64,000 nucleotides of DNA. Origin: Cyanophora paradoxa CCMP329 (Eukaryota > Plantae > Glaucophyta). Each line of letters opens with the position of its first letter. Positions within the stretch are counted from its first letter, which is position 1. Location: positions 128,816 to 192,815 of the forward strand of contig QPMI01000640.1 in NCBI GenBank assembly GCA_004431415.1. Direction: 5' to 3'. Below the pieces are notes generated by a model that saw only the letters and a program-made list of their open reading frames with translations, ran no database searches and was not told the origin of the DNA. Position numbers and translations under genes: made by a program. This document shows, in pieces, positions 58,213 through 64,000 of the stretch.

Positions 58213-61200
58213 TTACACACTGGCACGCGCATCCCGTTCGCGAAGTCCACACTGTGACATCCGACAATCACACGCGCCTGTGAATGAGAGCATAGCAGTC
58301 GGAGAAAACGTTGTAAACCTCTGGAAGCTTGGCGCCATGCCTGCCCTTGCCTGCTTAGCCTGGCGCTCTACTGCGTCGTCGAGCATGTCTTCCTCCCACG
58401 TGATGTAGCGTCGCTTTCGGCTGCCCATTTGCCCTCCGTCCGCGTCGGAGAAAGCGCGTCTCACTCCGAGGTACTTCTCCAGCAGGTACTTGATGACTTG
58501 CCAAGACTGCTGCGAGAGCCGCTTCTTCTCACCGTCCGCTGCATCGAAGCGGGGCGCGCGCTCGTCCAGACTCTGCAGAGCCGCGTACGCCTCCCGACCC
58601 TCCGGCGACGCCAGGGCCGCGTAGGCTTCGTCCGACCACAGAGCACGCCCCGCGAGCTTTCCATACCCCCGCCAGCCGAAGAGTTTCTTGAACAGCGCGA
58701 CGACCTTCGATACCTTGAGGCGCTCAGCAGTAGGCACGATCTCGGCAACGTCCGCGCCATGCTTCAGCACCAGCGTGACCACGGCAGTGAGCGGGATGGA
58801 GTAGAACGAATCCCACATCCAGGCGACGTCTCCTTCGGTCAGCTCGCTCGGATCCTTGGCCAGGAACGCGGCGATCGACGTGCGAGCAAGCGAAGCAACC
58901 TTCTCGATGTCCAGCTTAGCGAGAGACTCGCGGGACTGCCTCCAGGCCAGCACCGTGCTCCACAGATCGACGGGCTCCAGCGCGCCCGCCTCCAGCACGC
59001 TCCTGATCTCGCGCAGCCGCTGCTCCTTCTCCTGCTTCGGTCCGCTCGGGTTTTGATCCTCCGTGACTTGCACGTTCATCAGCGCGCAGGTCGACATCAG
59101 CCGCAGGCGCGCTGCCACTGCGAGGCGCCGAGTGGGCATGCCGGCGCGGCGGCTCCCGCGGTGGCTAGCCTTCAGGTCCAGGTAGCGCTGCATGTCGTCC
59201 GAGCTCTCGTCGTCGTCGCTCTCACGCCAGTGCGCAGCCGCCGCGCCGACCGCAACCGAGGGCGTCCGGTTCTTGCGCACGGCGACGAGCAGGTGCTCTC
59301 CGTCGGGCGTGCTGCGTTTGCGCAGCCTTCTGACTCGAAACAGCAGCTGCACGATGTCGTCCGCCTCCAGCTGCGCGGGCTCTGCCTGGAACACGCCGTA
59401 GACCTTGTCAAAGTGCGCGTCCGAAAAGTCCACGCCTGCCCCGAGCGCGGAAGTTGCGATGAGCACGTCGCAGGCCTTGTACGCGCCCTCCTCAGACACA
59501 TCGATCGACACGATGCGCACTGGGCCCTCGTTCGTGAAGCGCACGCTCTTCTCCTTGGCCTGCCCAACGATGAGCCCGATCGTGAACGGTGCGCCGCTGC
59601 CGTCCTCGGGCCCTGCCTCGAGCTGAGTCACGTACTGAGCGCCGCCCAGGCTGAGCTGCTCCAGCGCCTGCTTCGCAATCTTCTCCTGCAGCTCGATCGC
59701 CTTGGCCGGCGTCTCCGCGATGATCATGGCCGCGAGCGCCCAGGTCGGCACTGCACCATGATGTCCGCCTCGACGTGCGCCGGGCTGTCTGACACGCGCA
59801 TCTTCCAGTCGCAGGTGCGATGCGAGTTGTACAGGAGCCCCAGGCGCGCCCCGACCTCCTGCGCCGACTCTGCCAGGTACGCGAGATCGACCGACCGAAC
59901 GAAGCCGTCCATCGCCACGATGCGCGATGCCTTCATCACGCCGCGCCATAGGCCCACGCAGCGCGCGTTTCGAGGCACTGACCGCATACCTAGGTGCAGG
60001 CCGGTGGGCTCGAGGTGCCGCTCGAGGTGAGGTGCTTCGTGAGGGAGGAGAGCTCGTCCAGCACGACCAGTAGCGGCGCCGTCGACCAGCCCTCCCAGTC
60101 CTCGAGCACCTTGTGCAGCGAGTCCCATGTGATGACGACGCACCTGCACTCCTCATGGCGGAAGCCCCACTTGCCATGCGATCCCTTTGAGCTCTCCGGT
60201 GCTTCTTGATGTCCATGTAAAGCACGGCGTCCTTTGACAACTCCGCAGCATCAATGCGACGCTTGAGGTCGCGGGAGAAGCCCGCGGCAAGTCACGAGGA
60301 TCACTCGCCAGCCGCCTGCGAGGGCCGGGTCCAGGTACGCATCGATCAGCGCCTGCGTCTTCCCCGTGTTGAGTCCCGAGCAGATGACGTCGACCTGCGG
60401 CTGAGCGGATCTCGGGTTCTGCTCCAGCGCCCCGAATGCGGAGGTAAGGATCTTGCACGAGAGGTGGCGTTCATCCACTGCATTGACGCAAGCCTCCAGG
60501 CCGTCGACTCGAGCGCGATCAGGAGGGAGGGAGGGCAATGTCGAAGGCGACAGGCTGCGAGGGATCGGTCACATAGCGGGTCTGTGCCACGCTGCCCGAC
60601 TCCCTCCGGTCCCCTCCCCCTCGAGCTCGACTTCAATACCGTGCGCCTGGATGGAGATTCGAGCCGCCGGCGCCCCGGCTGACTCCCGCCCAGGACGAGG
60701 GTGATGGACCCGTCGGGCTCGACTCCAAGGTGCTGAACGCGGCGGGCGTCGTGCAGGCCAAGGTCGCGCGCAGCTCTGCCCCCGCCTTCCAGATCTCGTC
60801 CCTCACCGCCTTGTTTTGCGCAGGCGGTCCAGGAGCCGCTCCAAGGCCGCAGGCTTGGGCTCGAATCCAGGAGAGCGCCCGGCTCCGGGATGGGCTTAGC
60901 GCGGGGCGCCGAGCTTCTGGATGGAGTGGGGAGGAGCTCCGCTCGCGGCCCGGGCGCCGGCCCCCGCAGAACGTAGCCCCCGTGCCATCCACACCGAGCT
61001 CCAGGCCGCTCGAGCTCCCAAAGAACCATGCCATGAGATCGCAAGCCTCCGGGCTCTGTAGGACGTAGGCAGCCTTGAATCCATTATCCAAGGGGCGAGA
61101 GAAAGTGAAGCCTCCGAACTTGGTTGCAAAGGCGCAGGCTGCCGCGGTGCTCGTCTCATCCTCGCACCCGAGAAGTGGCTGGGGTGATGCAGGGCGGTGG

Positions 61201-61370
61201 AAGACGCAGAAAGCCGTCCCCAGGGTCGGGCTGCAGGCCTTCTGGACTTCGACGAGAGGAATCGAACGAAAAAGCTGCACTCCTGCTCGCTCAGATCTAT
61301 CTGCTGTACCCCGGCCCGGGCATACGGGCCAGGAAGGCGTCGACGTCGAGAGACACGCGTCCGTTGCCAT
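58213..61370 (-). pseudogene. UL9-like (origin-binding protein) superfamily-2 helicase, multiple frameshifts; start uncertain
   Basis: Across frames: ICSGLNTGKT (Walker A), VILVTCR, LYMD, VVITWDSLHKV, LVVLDELSSL (Walker B), IVAMDG, LIATSALGAGVDFSDAHFD, QLLFRVR, and a basic C-terminal segment. Confidence 0.8.
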
Positions 61371-61460
61371 GGTCGTCTCTCTATAGCTAGGCTTGGAAAA
61401 TTCTAGATCTACTAGGCTAGTCAACGTCTGTTGGCTAGCTATAGTCGACGTCTGGACTGC

Positions 61461-61595
61461 TGTCTCGACCTTCTGAGATATTAATTTAAAGATCTGGGAG
61501 GGTCGGGACAGGCTCTGGTCCGTCTGGATCCGGACTGCTCAGCGGCTGTCTCGACCTTCTGAGATATTAATTTAAAGATCTGGGAGGGTCGGACA
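61461..61595. repeat. Two further palindrome copies (period 86 bp)
   Basis: tgtctcgaccttctgagatattaatttaaagatctgggagggtcg(g)gaca at 61461-61510 and 61547-61595. Confidence 0.93.
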
Positions 61596-62789
61596 GGCTT
61601 TGGTCCGACCTTAAGCGCTCAACTAGACCCGGTTGACACCGTCTTGATCTCTCCTTCTTGGCGCAGCGGACGATGTGACGCGCAGACCGTCGGCCCGGCG
61701 GACGGGGAGGCGCGCGCGTAGAACTTCGAAGCGCTAGCCCCTTGCTTGACGAAGCTTAGAAAGTTTTGAGCGCACGCGAATGCGACACGTGTAGAGAGAA
61801 GGCAGAGCGCGCCGGAGCTAGCTTGCGCGGCCGAGCGCTCGACCGCCTTTGCTCCTAAGCTCAGAAAGTTTTGGGCTCACGCGGTTGCTCCACGTGTTTC
61901 GACTCAAAACACAGTACCCCAACCCGAAAAAAGCGCCCGGGCAGCGCATCTCGCAGCGCCCGGGCCCAGCGCTCCTTGCAGCACTTGCCAGAGGCACTAG
62001 CTTGCATTCCGCTCAGCCCGGAGAGCCGCCGCCTCGCTCCTTTCGATTCGGAGGTGCGCCTCACTTCGCAACCTCTTTCTCCGCACCACGGCTAGCTCCG
62101 GACCTCAGATTTTGGGCGCTGGAAAGCTCCTCGACGCCGCACTCACGCCGCCACGCGCAGGGTCGCTCGCGCCGGCCGCGACCTTCGAAAGCTCGATGGC
62201 GCCCGAGCCGGAGCACTCCGCCGCATCCCGCAGGTGCAGCTCGCTCTCTTGCCGCTCTATCCTTGCATTAGCACTAGAACATGCCCCGCAACCTCGCGCT
62301 CGATTCGCCGCGTCCGCTGACATTTGGTCTCTGAGCAGGTGCCGAGATTGGCCGCCGCGCCTTCCGCAACTCGAGCCGACGTTCGCGGCGACTTGCGCAC
62401 GCTTCTAGATCTCGTTCTCAAGCCCGCGCATCGATTCGGCGGCTCCGGCTCGCCTCCCCGCGCCTCCAGCCCCGCGCCCCACACCCGTTCTTGTCCTAGC
62501 TAAGCCCTCCCTTGTCGCGGCCAGTCGCGGGCTACGCGCATCGCGGATAGCATCAGTGGAGCTACGTTTCAGCGCTGGACGCAGGCCCGCCCGCCCAATC
62601 CCTCCCACCTCCCGCTCGCAGCACGCTCACTGGCCGCAGGCAGCTTCGCGGGGAGCGCTGGATTCGAAGCCGCGCACTTCCCGCCCGTCCCGACGTCGTA
62701 CGCGCTAACGTCGCCCGCGCCGCAGTGGCCGCCAGGCCTCCTGCATCCAGCCTTCGAGCCGGTGTGGCTGCGGGAGAAGCGCCTCGCCT

Positions 62790-64000
62790 TCTGGCAGGAG
62801 ACGGCCTCCTGCCCCTCACCCGTTCATCATCACCCACTGCGTCGTCGACCCACCACCTTCCTCGTCGGCTCGGAGACGGAGGGTGGATGACGAGCGTCGC
62901 GGGCATCGTCGAGTACATCGCGCGCACGGAGGGCCGGACACCTCCGCCGCCGTCGGCGCTGACATCGAGAACGGCCGGCTGGACGAGACCCTCGCCGGCT
63001 TCGGCTCCTCTGCCGCCTCTACTCCTACAAGCTCGGCGGCGTCTGCAGACCTACATCCGCGGCATCGTCCCAAGGCCCCTCTCCTCGGCGAGAGCCAGCC
63101 GGCGCTGGAGGCGATCGCGATCCCCGTCGCCCAGTTCAAAGACCCGGCGCCCGACGTCGGCCCTTCCTCGTCAAGCCCCACACCAAGGGCAAGGGCAAGC
63201 GCACCCGCAACTCGGCGCCGGCCTTCCTCCCGCCCCAGCCCCGCCACGGCCCCCAGCAGCGCCCCGGCCAGCAGCGCATCGACGAGATGCTGCCGCGCCA
63301 GGTCCGGCCCCGCGTACCCCCGCCTTCCCTCCCGTACCCCCCTCCCCCCGCCCCCCTCCTGATCAAGGGCAGGGTACCCCGACGAACGGCGCGGCGGGCC
63401 GAGCGGCTACGGGAGCTCGGCCTCCTCCGAGCGCCGACGGCCCCAGCCCCCTCCCCGGCCCCGCGCCGTCCTCAACCGCGATCCAGGGCTTCGGGGCCAG
63501 CAGGAGGCCGAGCGGCGGGCGCTGGCGGCGCGCAGGCGCGCGAGGCGGAGGAGCGGCGCCAGGCCCTCTGGGCCCAGCGCCTTGCAGGAGGCCACCGCCT
63601 TCCGCGCCGAGCTGGAGGCGGGCTTCCGCGCGGAGCGGATGAGCGCGGCGGAGGCCGTGGAGGCTGGCGGGCGTTCGAGGACGGGACCGTGGAGCTGGCG
63701 AAGGCCTCGGCTACAGCTACCGGCGGGCGCCGGTGCCACTCGTACGCAAGGCGGGCGGCGCGAAGGCCATCGCGGGCAAAGATCGACGCGGCGGAGGAGC
63801 AGGCGGCGCGCGAGGAGGCCGAGGACAACGCGCGCTTTCCGGCACCTGCACCACTGAGGCCCGAGGCGGTATTTTTTCTCAACCCTCCCTCAATTCGGTT
63901 CCGCGATGGCCTTCGAAGCTTATCCTGCCCACTACTCGCTAGGAGCCTCGCCGCGACACCTCACCTGGCTCCTCGGCGGCACCCCCACGGCCTCGGCGGT
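62790..64000 (+). CDS. Partial intron-containing hypothetical gene (low complexity/coiled coil), frameshifted, runs off window
   Basis: Host-style introns at about 63302-63372 and 63869-63942; helical fragments such as ALQEATAFRAELEAGFRAER. Confidence 0.35.

Larger units (their letters stand above)
55290..61600. mobile_element. Intronless endogenous virus/plasmid-like cassette (YqaJ + UL9-like helicase + unknown ORF + palindromic repeats); ends not defined
   Basis: Abrupt loss of introns, tightly packed divergent/convergent ORFs with viral-type domains, and an element-specific repeated palindrome. Confidence 0.75.

Noticed and set aside
61300-61370. AEP primase motif (SLDVD) upstream of the helicase
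   Set aside because: A single DxD in a short frame without the other primase motifs; insufficient evidence.

Overview
Eukaryotic nuclear DNA, very GC-rich and gene-dense, with many short (about 50-100 nt) spliceosomal introns, so the six-frame ORF track is mostly misleading. I assembled the gene models by eye from GT/GC-AG junctions. The intron style, a Phe-led transit-like peptide and a CmCLC-like CLC suggest an alga, possibly a glaucophyte (inference only). Host genes in order: a cysteine desulfurase/Sec-lyase-selenophosphate synthetase fusion (5' truncated), GH99 endomannosidase, acyltransferase-3, TKL kinase, ARM-like protein, DUF4614/C19orf44-like repeat protein, a peroxidase-DOMON-cytochrome b561-cytochrome b5-FAD/NAD reductase fusion, serine acetyltransferase, CLC, a small membrane protein, a degenerate RBR ligase, TatD, TFIIH p62, RPL36, an H/ACA snoRNA cluster and a PHOSPHO-type phosphatase. 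A 406-bp hAT-type MITE lies at 18223-18628. The most unusual region is an intronless virus/plasmid-like cassette (about 55.3-61.6 kb). It encodes a YqaJ exonuclease, a UL9-like origin-binding helicase and a two-repeat unknown protein, interleaved with seven copies of a ~52-bp AT-centred palindrome. Several apparent frameshifts fall in homopolymers and may be assembly errors.
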